64,000 nt of DNA from Octopus sinensis (GCF_006345805.1 NC_043001.1:96906001-96970000), one strand, 5' to 3'; numbered from the stretch's first letter, positions 13,150-26,964 are shown. Translations and numbers: made by a program. The notes: a model not told the origin generated them from the letters alone.

Positions 13150-14108
13150 CATAATAATAATAAATTATAATAATAATATAATGATAATATAATATACTAA
13201 TAATAATACTAATAATTCCTTTCTCTAGGAATGATAAAAAGTAGGTACTGAAACCTATTTGAAAATAATACCAGGCTTACTATCCTTAAAGGAGTGCAAA
13301 ATCGTTTTAACGGGAACGACACGTACTGAGAAGAGCATTATCGCTCTAACAACGAAATGAACCATTGAAAAGGTTGCCCTCATTTTGCAGTCTTCTTGCG
13401 CCTACAGAGTATCTCAACAGGCATGATGGAGCATCATATATGGATAAGTTACAAAACTCTGGACCTGCTGCCCCATCCCTGATAAAAACTGGTGTAAATA
13501 CAAACCACATCCAGTGCTTTTAAAATGATCACATCTCACTGGAACTTCACCATTCAAACTGAAAGATAGATGCGAATAGGCCAGACATTCATGGAAAGAC
13601 TTCAGATAAAAATCATGCTCTTCATTGAATGACTGTCCCAATCGACATAAATGTATATGTTAAAACTTACCAGAAACTGAGCAAGTATAGAGATCTTGAA
13701 ATAGAAACTGGTAAAATGTGGAACCTGAAGACTAAAACGATACTTGTTTTCATAGGTGTCCTAGGACTGATAGCAAAAGGGTTTGATTGCTACCTAGCGC
13801 AGATGCTAGGGAATCCTAAATTGGTAGATATTCAAAAGAAAGTGGCCATGAGAACTGCCCATATCCTACCTAAAATATAGTCTATTTAATCTCAAACTTT
13901 AAAAGAATTTCACAATTTTCGCATGTTTTCTTAAACATTCTCTAGACAATACTATATGCAAATCCAAATATATCTCACCCCAGCATAACACCAACACGAA
14001 CCTCTAAATTGTTGTCTCTTGATGTCTCTCGGTGACACTTGGAGCCAACTTCTACAAATGCAAAGCAAAAGTCAAATATAAAATAACAACAACAACAACA
14101 ACAACAAC
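12270..14108 (+). mobile_element. Dong/R4-like RLE LINE 3' end (represented twice around the gap: about 12270-12757 and 13380-14108)
   Basis: WNFTIQTER, DANRPD, DMTVPIDINVYVKTYQKLSKYRDLEIETGKMWNLKTKT...IQKKVAMRTAHILPKI* form the RLE PD..D..K..KY domain. 3' UTR ends in (CAA)n. Confidence 0.85.
12758..12857. other. Assembly gap (100 N)
   Basis: Run of exactly 100 N. Confidence 1.
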
Positions 14109-14156
14109 AGCAGTCCCCAGTTCAAGCGCTGTGATGAAGTGTATTCCCTTGAATAG

Positions 14157-15008
14157 AAACAAAATATATTTATTTTATTTATAACATGAACTTACCGTAG
14201 TTGTTCTATTGGTCTCTATTGTCGAAATATTAGCTTACTGCAACCAATCTAGCATTTCGTCAACAGAGACCGACGTCTCACACGCACAGACAACACATAC
14301 ATGGAAACAAACTTATATATGTATTATATGTATATATATATATATATATATATCTATATATATATATATATATATATATAATAGTATATATATATATATA
14401 TCAGAGAGCGAGAGAGAACAAAGTGTACGTACACACCGCTATATATATATTATATATATATATATATTATATATATATATATCTATATATATCTATATAT
14501 ATGTATATGTATATATATAAAAATGTAAAATGGGACAAGGACACAAACACCTGACAAATAGGTGATACAAAAGGGACAATACAACATCCAGATAGACGAT
14601 ACAAAGAAAACAAGGAAGGGTCATTCGAAGTTTTCTGTCTTCAGTCAAGAACCAGATTATCTTCGCAATTTCAGCTGATTGTTCTTGAGTTGCTCCAATC
14701 TGGCCAGCTCCAAGGAAAAGCATTGTATTTATATTTGTGTAACGTTTTCTGTTTTTTTTTGTCCTTGTCTTTCTATGCATTCGATGCTTTCTTCCAAGGA
14801 ATCTAATGCTCTAAGTTTTTTCTTGGGGCTGGCCAGAGCAATCTCAAGAAAAATCTGCCGAAATTACGATGATAATCAGTTCTTGACTAAAGATAGAAAA
14901 CTTCGAATGACACGTCCTTGTTTTTTTTTTATCGTCTATCTGGATGTCTTGGTTGTCCCTTTTGTATCAGCTAGTTGTCCGGATGTTGCGTTGTTGTCCC
15001 GTTTTTAT

Positions 15009-15039
<31 letters not shown>

Positions 15040-15545
15040 ATATATAATATATATATATATATATATCTATAATCTTTTACTCTTTTACTTGTTTCAGTCA
15101 TTTGACTGTGGCATGCTGGAGCACCGCCTTTAATCGAGCAACTCGACCCCGGGACTTATTTTTTTTTGAAGCCCCAGTACTTATTCTATCGTTCTCTTTT
15201 ACCGAACCGCTAAGTAACGGGGACATAAACACACCAGCATCGGTTGTAAAGCAATGATATGGGGACAAACACACACACGCATATATATATATATACATAT
15301 ATACGACGGGCTTCTTTTCAGTTTCTGTCTACCAAATCCACTCACAAGGCTTTGGTCGGCCCGAGGCTATAGTAGAAGACACTTGCCCAAGGTGCCACGC
15401 AGTGGGACTGAACCCGCAACCATCTAGTTGGTAAATAAACTACTTACCACACAGCCACTTCTATATACATATATATATATAAATTAAATTAGAGATAACC
15501 ACTATTAGGAATCTAAGTTTTCCCTGTAAGTTTGGATATACTCCC

Positions 15546-15577
<32 letters not shown>

Positions 15578-15665
15578 GCGGCGTACGAACACTTTGCTCT
15601 TCTCTCTCTCTTAGGTATAACTAGGTATATGTATATGTATATATAATATATATATATATATATTA

Positions 15666-15724
<59 letters not shown>

Positions 15725-15915
15725 ACATACACACACACATATATATACATATATTAGTGTGTTTGCACGCATGTGTGTGTCTGTGCGTGTGAGACTGTCG
15801 GTCTCCGTTGATGAAATGCTAGATTGGTGCAGGTAAGCTAATATTTCGGCAATAGAGACCAATAGAGCAAGCAGAGTAAGTTCCTGTTATAAATGAAATA
15901 AATACATTTTGATTC
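14157..15915. repeat. Large imperfect inverted duplication / foldback
   Basis: 14157-14300 vs 15775-15915, 14405-14445 vs 15577-15615 and 14525-14725 vs 14815-15005 are mirror-ordered inverted pairs. Confidence 0.75.
15073..15462 (-). mobile_element. SINE family A, full length
   Basis: Near-consensus copy. Interrupts the right arm of the foldback. Confidence 0.9.
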
Positions 15916-15928
15916 TATATATGTATAG

Positions 15929-16530
15929 CAGCGTAATCACTCGATTATCGCGTGTGTTACGTTCCAAAACACACGGCGATAAGTGAAAAATCCGTGAAGT
16001 AGAAACAGTAATGCACTGAGTATTTTTTTTATCATTTCCATAATTCGTGTATTTTTATTTTATTATAAATGCAAAGCAACAGCTCACACTCACCTCCCGA
16101 GCTTCGTTTTTCATACAGTATGTGCTATTCGTATTCTCACTACGTATTTTCTTTCAATATATTTCAATTAATGCATTATACAATGCAGTACTGTATAATA
16201 TTTTTATTAATAAATTTATTGATTTTTAGGCGTGAATATATTTATTTTACCACAGAAATATTGAAGATCTAAAATATATATATATATAAATATCTATCAG
16301 GTGCAGAAATATGCAATATACTAAGGAGTCCACGATATAAATATATAAAGCCAGAAAAATCCGTGATGTACTGAGGGCGCGATATGAGTCAGTTTCGTCC
16401 AGTTCCCTTATATCAAATTCTCTCACTAGTCTTTGGTGTGTCCGCTACTTCCATAAAAAGCCGCTCATATAAAGCGATAAAAAGCGCGAATGAACCGGCC
16501 AGATGTGCTAGGGAAGCAGATTCCTTACTG
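15929..16530 (+). mobile_element. Possible pogo/Tigger-like non-autonomous DNA transposon relic
   Basis: Left end CAGCGTAATCACTCGATTATCGCG resembles Tigger-type termini and GAAAAATCCGTGA is repeated internally. Right end is poorly defined. Confidence 0.3.
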
Positions 16531-16548
16531 CATAGCCATACTCACACC

Positions 16549-16590
<42 letters not shown>

Positions 16591-16653
16591 GTGTGTGTGT
16601 GTGTGTGTGTGTGTACAATAAAACGATGTATAAATGGACTACGTTGTGTTTAT

Positions 16654-16709
<56 letters not shown>

Positions 16710-17524
16710 TAATAACTATAACGAGGAGGAGGAGAATGAAGAGGACAGCAACAACGGCAATAATGGTCTGTTTAAAGAAATAATATAAAACAGCTATTCA
16801 TTTTTTTTTTTTGCTATATACAATCAACGCTTGCCTTGTTTTAATGTTTTCTGTCGTAGATTTTTTTCTCCAGTATATTAAGGGAAGGATAACAAACAAA
16901 TAAGTAAATGAATGAATAAGTAAGCATTTCCCAAACAAAATATGAACAATAGTAAAGAAGAACAAAATATTTTATAAAACACTCCACAAACACTTAAATA
17001 ACCAGTCATTAGAGAGTAAAATAACTGTAATAGAATAAGAGGATAAAGAAAAACAAAAGAAAAAAAAAACCCAGAAAAATAAGCTTCAGGTTGAATAGTA
17101 GAATAGTATTCTTGTATTTATTTTTTCATACAAATAATACGAACTTTTACCCTTATGGCACACTGACACTTTATTTTACGCTATGATTATTCGATGTAAA
17201 TAAAATATTTGCGATATTCAGTCAGGCAGCAATTACGTGACAATTCGCAAAATTCTTCAATGGTACTGAAAAATTTCATATTATTTCGACTGTTTTCAAG
17301 TTGTTTTCGAGTAGAATTTCTAGTCGATAATACAAGCGAATGACGCACATATCGACATTGTTTGTCCGCGTGTGTGTGTTTGTGTGTACGTGTTTGTGCG
17401 TGTGTGTGCGCGCGTGCGTTTGTGTTTTCACGTATATCTCCAAACATATATATATATATATATATGTGTGTGTATGTATATATATATATATATGTATATG
17501 TATATATACATATATATATATGTA

Positions 17525-17560
<36 letters not shown>

Positions 17561-19661
17561 ATGGAAGGAGAGACGAAGAAAGAGAGAAACGTATACGTTC
17601 GCCAGCGCGTATTTGGGCGTCCCTCCCTCTCACTCTTTCTCTCTCTCTCTTTCTCTCTCTCTCTCTATATATATATGTTCATATATACACTCTCATTTAT
17701 GTAGCTACATTTATATATCAATGTACATGTATGTCTGTATGTATGCATGATTGTGCTATGTATGTGTGTGCCGTTCACCGTATGCTAGTCTGAATAGCTA
17801 TTTTCTACTTGCATACTTCAAATTGTGATCAAATGCTAGGGGGATAAGATTTTGAAATTCATATCCTCAAGACAAAGACGATGCAAATTATCTATTATTT
17901 CTCATGAAAACTCACAACACACACACACACACACACTCATACATAACTACATACATATCTATAAACACTACGTGTTTATATATGTACCTGTGTGTGTATG
18001 TGTGCGATATGAAATGAGGAATAAATTTCATGGTTAGTGGATTTTCTAGAAGCGACAGCCAAACACCCTTCTATTACTAAAAATACAATGGTTAATGTAA
18101 TCGAAGATATAGGATTCGTGGTTACAAAGAAACAATACTGTGCAAATTAGTCAGATTTGAAATATCTTTGAACAAGTTTCTAAGCGATTAAAATTCACTG
18201 AAGGCAAAACAACAGTTATTACCATGACAAATATATTACCTTATTGATGAAAAGCTACAATTCATTGGTCTGGATTTACATTTATTATCGTGTTTGAAAT
18301 GGTAAAATAATAAGCTGGTAGTGGTGAGATCTCTATCTTAATACTCAGAGAGTGGAATAAATACGAAGCCGCATTATCTCTTTAGTCAATATTCACTTCC
18401 TGCAGGTGATACTGTAATTCTTACGAAAGCTACAGTAAGAACCCTAGTTATATAATTTCAATATCACTGTATTATAGAGGGCATAAGTATCATATTGTGA
18501 AGAGTCTTTCCTAATATGGTCTGTGAAATGAAAACGGTCCAGCTATAGAATATAAATACAAATGTAAAGTAAATGCGAAAAGCAAAAATATATGCTTTAG
18601 AGAAAATTTGCCACACACACATACTCGCGCAGAAACACACATACATACACACGTGCACGCGCGTACACACATTTGTATATTATGTGTGTAAGAATATGTG
18701 TAGCTAGGGGTGCGTGGATGTCACTTTGGTTTTGCTCTCTTCCTCTCTCTTATTCTTTTACCTCCTCTTCGCCCACTATTCTATCCTATTACTCTGTCAC
18801 TCTCTCTCCCTCACTTCTCTTCCCTTGCTCACGTCGCTCCCACGTAACCGTCAGCCACCTTTCTTTCTTCACCTAACTTGTATTTCTTTCTCTCCGTTGT
18901 AGCCGGAAGAAGGAAGACGTGTTCTTGTTTGTCTTCTGTCCAAGCTTGATTTTCGCGTTCGCCGCCAACTCGATTAGACTCTACCTGCTCTACTTATCTC
19001 TTTCCTTCATACATATACATATGTAAATACTTTTGTATATCTGCAGGTGTATATATGTTTGACAGAACGGTGTATTTGTGTATATACATATATAACTCAT
19101 TTGTATTTTCAAGTTTTGCAGCGAGTGTGAAATTTTTATGGTTTCTTTTGCGAATGTGTTTTTATTTGTATATACTTATATCCGCGTATGTATGTGCACG
19201 TGCGAATAGAGTATGTTTTTTATATCCGCGTATATATGTGTGTGTGCGTGTAGAGATGTGTATATGAGCGTAGTGATGCATGCATGAGAATATATATGCG
19301 TGTGTGTGCACGTGTATGCGTAGACATATATGTGTATATGTGTGTTTGTACGTATATGTACACACGTGTGTGAGTATGTATATAGATATATATATATACA
19401 TACATGTGTGTATGTGCGTACGTGTATGTATCTGTGTATATGTGTGCATATACACATGCCTATTGGAATAATTTCCCTTTATTCAACGGATTTTTCGCAG
19501 CGTTTTTTTCTTAATAACTAGTGAGATGTCGGAGCAGAGTTCATCCCCGGCATCCGAAACTCTCAGTGTTATTATGACAACCAAATAAATGTCACCTATT
19601 ATATTTATAGATAAAGTACATAATATCGACATCTCATTCATTCTTTTGTCGTCATATTATC

Positions 19662-19721
<60 letters not shown>

Positions 19722-19723
<2 letters not shown>

Positions 19724-20075
19724 CGCAGAGTGGCTGTGTGGTAAAATGCTAGCATACCAATCACATGGTTCCGGGTTCAGTCTCACTGTATTGCAACTTG
19801 GGTAAGTATCTTCTAGTATAGTCTCGGGCCGACCAAAGATTTGTGAGTGGACTTGGTTGACGGAAACAGAAAGAAGACCGTGTAAGTGTTTGTGTGTTTC
19901 TCCCGCCACGTCACTTGACAACCGATGTTGGCCTGTTTACTTCCCCGTAACTTAGCAGTTCGGCAAAGGTATCCGATAGAATAAGTAATAGGCTTAAAAA
20001 GAGGAAGTCCTGGCGGTCGACGTGTTCGACTAAAGGCGCAGGAAAATGACTGAAGCAAGTAATAGAATAAAAAGA
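19722..20075 (+). mobile_element. SINE family A
   Basis: GGCGCAGAGTGGCTGTGTGGTAA head through GACTGAAGCAAGTAATAGAATAAA tail. Confidence 0.85.
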
Positions 20076-20087
20076 TACACACACACG

Positions 20088-20124
<37 letters not shown>

Positions 20125-20235
20125 TGTATGTATACACACACATATATAGAGGCATGGGAAAGAAATATGGATTGTGAACGACGAAAGCAATATTAATTTA
20201 AAATAGTAGTTTGTTGATCATATTTCAAAAATGTC

Positions 20236-20299
<64 letters not shown>

Positions 20300-20389
20300 C
20301 ATCAGAGCATCACAACAAATCACAGCACATACCCAAGGCACACAGAGTTGTGTGAAAATAAAACTACTGAATAATAATAATAATAATAA

Positions 20390-20437
<48 letters not shown>

Positions 20438-20439
20438 TG

Positions 20440-20512
<73 letters not shown>

Positions 20513-20916
20513 TGATAATAATAATAATGGTGATGATGATTGATTGCAACAAATTGCACGAACACATTCACAAATTTTTCACACAATTCTGATTTCCTTA
20601 CTATTGTAAATTATGGCCGATAACACGTCTTACATTAGGCACAGTTGTAAAAATCTAAATTATCTAAAGCATCGGAGTTAACATTTAATTAAATAATGTG
20701 TTGATTTAATGTATCTATACGTGTTTGAAGTTGATATTTGATTTCAAATTCAATACGATCTCACAGTAGTATTGACAACCATGATCCTGGGGATAATGAC
20801 GACGCTGTTGCTGCCGCCGCTGCTGCTGCTGATGATGATGATGGTGATAATGATGATGATAATGACGGTGATGACGCTGATGATGCTGATCAGGATAATG
20901 GTGATTATTTTTTTAT

Positions 20917-20966
<50 letters not shown>

Positions 20967-21180
20967 TAATAACAATCATCATCATAATTAATAATAATAT
21001 ATGATAGGATGATGTTGATGAGGATAATGGTGATGATAATGATAACAATAATAATGATAATAATAATAAGAGTAATAATAATAATAATAATAATATTAAT
21101 AATAATAATAATAAATAATAACAACAACAATAACAATAATAATAATGATGAAAATAATAATGATGATAATAATAGATAAT
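20236..21180. repeat. Long compound (TAA)n/(GAT)n/(CAA)n low-complexity region
   Basis: Direct reading. Source of the poly-N, poly-I and poly-Y ORFs. Confidence 0.95.
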
Positions 21181-21492
21181 GTTATACACAAATAATTTGA
21201 TGGGATATAGGCGCATCTAATGTATTGCCTAAATTTGCATATGATTAGATAGGGTCAGTGTGATATGTCAAATAATTTAAATTTCAACTTGAATGAACTT
21301 TATTGACATATTGACTCCTCGATCTGTTATGATGTAATTGCTAGGATTGGATATTAAAGAATTTTAATTAATTTCTCTCTTTCCCAAAGAAGGAATGTGC
21401 TATATAAAGCTTCATGCTAACAAGTGTTGCATTTTGCAGCAGCACGTACGTTTTCCGTATATATGTACATACATACATACATACATATATAT

Positions 21493-21716
21493 ATTTCTTC
21501 ATTACCCACAAGGGGCTAAACAGAGAGGGGACAAACAAGGACAGACAAACAGATTAAGTCGAGTACATCGACGCCAGTGCGTAACTGGTACTTAATTTAT
21601 CCACCCCGAAATGATGAAAGGCAAAGTCGACCTCAGCGGAATTTGAACTCACAACGTAACGACAGACGAAATACCGCTAAGCATTTCGCCCGGCACGCTA
21701 ACGTTTCTGCCAGCTC
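21493..21716 (-). mobile_element. SINE family B (long pyrimidine-rich tail)
   Basis: Reverse complement of GAGCTGGCAGAAACGTTAGC...GCCCCTTGTGGGTAATGAAGAAAT. Confidence 0.9.
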
Positions 21717-21856
21717 ATATAAATATATATATAAATATACATATACATATACACACACACACACATACACAATATTGTACATATATATGTACACATATAT
21801 ATATACATATACATATACATATATATAATATATGTACACCACATATATATACACAC

Positions 21857-21887
<31 letters not shown>

Positions 21888-23358
21888 CATATATATATAT
21901 ATATATATATAGATATATATACATGTTAATATTAACATTTTTAAATTTAAATTCTAACATATCCAGGCACTGTGTGTTCAAGAAGTCCGTTTCGCAAACG
22001 TATGGATTCCAGTCCAGTGTATTACATTTTCTCCATGATATTTTTATACTTAAACAAGAATACTGTTGACAGTGACTTCGAAAGACCGACTTGTTAATCC
22101 ATAGTCTGACGATGACTTAGTTGACCGAATGATTCAAGGGAAATACATTCTTATATACATATGTATCTGAGTGTCTGTGTTTGTGTGAGCGCGTTTGTGT
22201 TCGTATATGTGTTTGTATGTGTTTATGTGCGCATGTTTTGTATTTGTTCTTGCATATCCAAATCCTTAAAGTGCCGTATGAGTATTATACGTTTAAGAAT
22301 ATATGTAAAACTGGGGTCGGCTTGATCACATGAACCCATGAATTCGCTGCCCCTGCATGGCCGTAGTCTAATGATGCTTATTTCCAGATAATTCTGAGCA
22401 AGTAATACTGTAATCAAAATCAATCAACTCATGCCATCTCAACTATTTGTTCTCTTTATTTTAAGAAAGTTATGCCGATCACATATTAAAACCCTTGCTG
22501 TTCTGTATTAAGACAGAAAATTAAGACATTTGACAGAGGTGTCGCCCTTACTTTTATCAGTTGGAAGTACCGCGTAGAAACTCACTCCCAAGTTTGATGT
22601 CCTGTGTGATTTGGGAAAACTTCTAGAATAGAAATAAATAAGTTACAATTTAACACAAAATGAAATTACCCAAATATAATCTAACATTCATAACAACTAA
22701 ATTTGGTTTATTCCTAGAAAACCTTATTTCGTGGCATTCTCTACTTTGTTTCGCAATCGTAATAACGATAAGTAACATACAGTAAAATTACTATATCACT
22801 TCAAGTAACTTGACTCTATTTTAAAGTGCCATAAATGACTCAAATGCCATTATAATTTAGCGCTGTTGTCTACAAAATTGCAGTTAGATAGATTACTCCA
22901 TCGACGATAGACAATTAAAACATTCAACAACAGAATTGTTGAACGTTATCGCTTGTGCAAAATGGTAAAACTTGGTGAAGTGTATTCTTTGAAATGTTAT
23001 CTTACACTTAGAGATTCAGACATTTGTGACATGGGCAATAACGTTCTAGAACTTTTAACACATGAAAATTGGTAGCTGTTTTCCGCTTAGATTTCTTTAC
23101 TTGAAACGTGTTATTAAAATTTCAAAACGGTACGATATACAGATTCAGTAATATCTTATGAGAAAGCAACAATAAATATTAACTTTTGAAATGAAACGTT
23201 TATGAGGTGCTAATCAAATATAATTACCACAATTCGAAAAGATTAGTGGCAGTCAGCGACAAGAATATTCAACTCATACACGATAAAATATTGAAGTCAG
23301 CAGCTATGTCTTATCTCTTTCCCAAGCTACTTTCGTTTATTCTTCCTACAGATTGCTT

Positions 23359-23475
23359 TATGTATGTATGTATGTATGTATGTATGTATGTATGTATGTA
23401 TGTATGTATGTATGTATGTATGTATGTATGTATGTATGCATGCATGTATGTATGTATGTAGGTATGTATGTATGT
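23359..23475. repeat. (TATG)n microsatellite
   Basis: Direct reading. Confidence 0.95.
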
Positions 23476-23629
23476 ATGAGTGTACGCATATATGCATTCA
23501 TATATATACGTATATAATATATATATTTATGTGTGTGTATACACAAATACATACATATATATATTTATATATATATAGGCATGTGTGTGTGTACACACAC
23601 ACACCTACATATATATATTTATATATATA

Positions 23630-24441
23630 GAGGTTGCGATGGGTAAATTGTCGCCATGTTTTATGTTTAATTTCGCGCATGGACAATCAATGTTTTTGAT
23701 TTTGTCGACTAAAAGGTTTAGTAGGGTCAGTTGGGTACCGTCTGGGAGACAAGCAGCATTATGACGCGATTCACTCTACCAGAAATTTGGAAATGACGTG
23801 CCATACTGCTTGTCATTCGCGCTTGAAGCTCCAATACGAATATTTCAAAGTGTTGTGTGGCAATCTGAGTCCCCATAACATGTAACTAGAGTGATAAAAA
23901 TCAAACATCCAATCAACATCACGTTGGTTGGAGTGAAAAGTATTGATCGCGACGTTATGCCTCCATTCATTTCATACTGTCTCAGACTCAACACGGAGGT
24001 TTACTTCAAGTGCCTGGTGGAGGTAGTGCTGCTCTAAGTCAGGAGGGTGGGTGCTGCAAAACCCAGTCTGGCAACAGGAATCTGCACCATGACACACAAG
24101 AAGGAAAACCCCTAACATCTGCAACCCACTTGATTATTACGTGCCGGGCGCATTTGAGCGTGAGACGCAAAAAACTCCTGTTACACCCAAGCTGAACTTA
24201 AGGCAAAAATTATGCCAGTATTCTCCAACTAAAAACAAGGATACCACCCAAAAAGCGTTACAAAAGATTTCGATGTCGTCTGGAGGCCGAGGTTGAAGCC
24301 AATGGTGATTTTATTTAATAAATTTGCTCTTTAGTATTTCACGTAATCTTTGTATAATTTTGGTATATATTAATGTTAAAATGAAATGTCCGTGTTATTT
24401 TCATTTTTGCATAGTTTAGACGACAATTACCTCACCGCATC
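23630..24441 (+). mobile_element. Tc1/mariner-superfamily transposon (maT/DD37D-like), internally deleted
   Basis: Imperfect TIRs GAGGTTGCGATGGGTAAATTGTCGCC and GACGACAATTACCTCACCGCATC, flanked by TA. KHPINI...DVMPPF...LRLNTEVY and CNPLDYYVPGAFERET match the mariner catalytic domain. Confidence 0.8.
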
Positions 24442-24714
24442 TATATATATATTTATTATTATTTGAGGGAATATTAATCCTAACTTACAGGCAAAAAATT
24501 CAATTTAGATATACTAAATCAAATTGCACACAATATAATATATATATATATATATAAAATTAGAAAAAACACCTTTTATCAATTCAAAATGAACAATTAA
24601 ATTACACTATCTAGAAAATTACATATACTAGAAATATTAAAATTAAAATAACAATAAAATACCAATGATAAGTAAATTGCAAAAAAATAATGAAAACGTA
24701 TATAATTGGTAGAA

Positions 24715-24817
24715 TAACGACACGTGTTTCGTTGCTATATTTAACAAATGATTATAGTAAACTTTTAATAGTAGTAGTAAAATCACTTCGATATAAATAT
24801 AGCCACTCATCAGGTTA
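24715..24817 (-). ncRNA. Type I hammerhead ribozyme motif, canonical core, long stem II
   Basis: TAAC-CTGATGA-GTGGCTATATTTA..TAAATATAGCAAC-GAA-ACACGTGT-C-GTTA: 4-bp stem I, CUGAUGA/GAAA core, palindromic stem III, GUC cleavage triplet. Confidence 0.8.
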
Positions 24818-24868
24818 AAAATAAACTAGAATAATAAAATAAATAATTAATAAATATACTTTAATATA

Positions 24869-24939
<71 letters not shown>

Positions 24940-25749
24940 ATACTAAATATACATTGAGTGAAAACTAAAACACATATATTGCAAAGTACGTAGACCTTAA
25001 AACGTTTTTTTTTTGTGCATTTACAGAGATCTTTCACAGTATCTTGATTTAGAAATTCCCAATAAGTTATGAATACCCAATTTGTGAAGTCAGTTATGAA
25101 TAGTAAGAATTGAAATAAAGTTGCCCTCAAAAGGCTTTCGAAGATTTCCAAGAGTATAAAGAATAGAGGAGGAAATACTAATAAAGTATGTATGCCAAAA
25201 TCGTGGAGCATGTTACAGGCTAATCAGATATGAGATAATAGGCATTCAAAGTAAATATCTCTGGAAATGGACTATGTGCATTCCCAGTTATATATATACT
25301 CAAATACATATTCTCTCTCTCTCTCTCTCTAAAGCCATCAGGAGGCGTCGATGCTTCCTAGGGCTAAACAGCGGTGGTGTACCCCCTACTGTCACGTTCG
25401 TGTTAGATTGACAGTATACAACTATTATATATATATATATATGTGTGTGTAGGTGTCTGTGTGCTTGTGTGTATCTATGCACACACACACGCGCACAGAC
25501 ACAGATATATATATATATACATACGTAATATGCTACTATGCTTGACCGCTGAAATGTGTAAGGTTTTTTTCACTTTCTCTCTGTTAATTACTTTATGATG
25601 AAGAGCATAGGCTCGAAATGTAATAGAATTTTCCACTTTACCGAGCGTCAAACTAATACATATGCTTGTTGTTCATACATCTGTCTTCGTCTTTTGTTTC
25701 GCTATAAATTTCAACTATACATACACACACACATATATATATGTATGTA

Positions 25750-25785
<36 letters not shown>

Positions 25786-26273
25786 TGTATGTATGTATGT
25801 ATGTATGTAGTATGTATAACTGCTTTTACATATAACTATACACGAAAGGAAAGACAGATATGCACACACACTTATCGTACATCAACTAACTTCTGGCTTA
25901 TCGAATGAAGTAAACAGATTCTAGGAATTGAAATTTGTGCATTTTAGTCACTTCGCCCGCTTTTTAAAGTTCACATTTTCCCTTCAGCATGCGAAAATAT
26001 TTTCTTTCAGAATAATTTATCAAATTCTTGAAAATCCGTCCCTTTTTCTTTGTGAGTAGAATGCTTCTGGTGTAATTTTTTTAAGCCTCCAACGAAGAAG
26101 GTGGCTTTAATTCATCAATAATTTTTTGGTTTACGTCATTCACTCTCCTAGCATCTGATTCATCCCTCTTCATGCTAATGGCGCTTCTTTCAACTGTTTT
26201 CGTTCTAGATTAGTGTTTGTATTTTTTTCTTATGTATATCACCTTTCGTTCATATATATGTATATATACAGAT

Positions 26274-26311
<38 letters not shown>

Positions 26312-26480
26312 CATATATGTATATATATATATGTATGTGTGTGTATGTAGATACACACATATAGATACATCTGAATATTTTTAAATATGCAGTAATATAT
26401 ATAATCATATGCGTACGTCTCATACATATAAGCATGCTAACGTTTCAAGATATACATATCTCTCTCTCTCCTCCCTGTAC

Positions 26481-26532
<52 letters not shown>

Positions 26533-26737
26533 TATATAGCAACACACCAATATGCACACACACAAGCACATACACACACACAAACACAACACACACACAC
26601 ACACACATATGTTTACATATACATGTGTATGTATCTATGTTCATACGAGCATTATTCACCCTTTTTTTCTAGTAGCTCTTATGTTTCCAGTGGTCTGAGG
26701 ACCTTGTAGAGCGAAGGGCTTAATAAATATATATCCA

Positions 26738-26778
<41 letters not shown>

Positions 26779-26912
26779 CGGAGATGTACTTGCCTAGAGA
26801 GTAACTTGATCTGAGATCATGCGCTGAACAAAACAATTGCAGCATGGAAGGTGTTTATAAGCCATTTAAGAAACACAAAACCCGTTAGATTCACTTCAAC
26901 ATTTAAATTTAA

Positions 26913-26964
26913 TTTGTCAAAATATTTTTCGTCACTTTAAGACCGCGACCTGTTCACTGACAAA
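26913..26964 (-). ncRNA. Hammerhead-like motif with G3-C8 core variant
   Basis: TTTGTCA-GTGAACA-G-GTCGC(GGTCTTAAA)GTGAC-GAA-AAATATT-T-TGACAAA: 7-bp stem I, 5-bp stem II. Lies in a repeat-like block of about 200 bp (26775-26980) flanked by (TA)n. Confidence 0.55.

Noticed and set aside
14600-14720. CTGAAGA and GAAA motifs with an 8-bp stem (TCAAGAAC/GTTCTTGA) on the minus strand of the foldback arm
   Set aside because: I could not close stems II and III around the core in a type I, II or III arrangement, and the mirror arm has CTAAAGA.
26700-26735. CTGAGGA followed by a CCTT/AAGG hairpin
   Set aside because: No GAAA after the stem and no stem I/III, so not a hammerhead.
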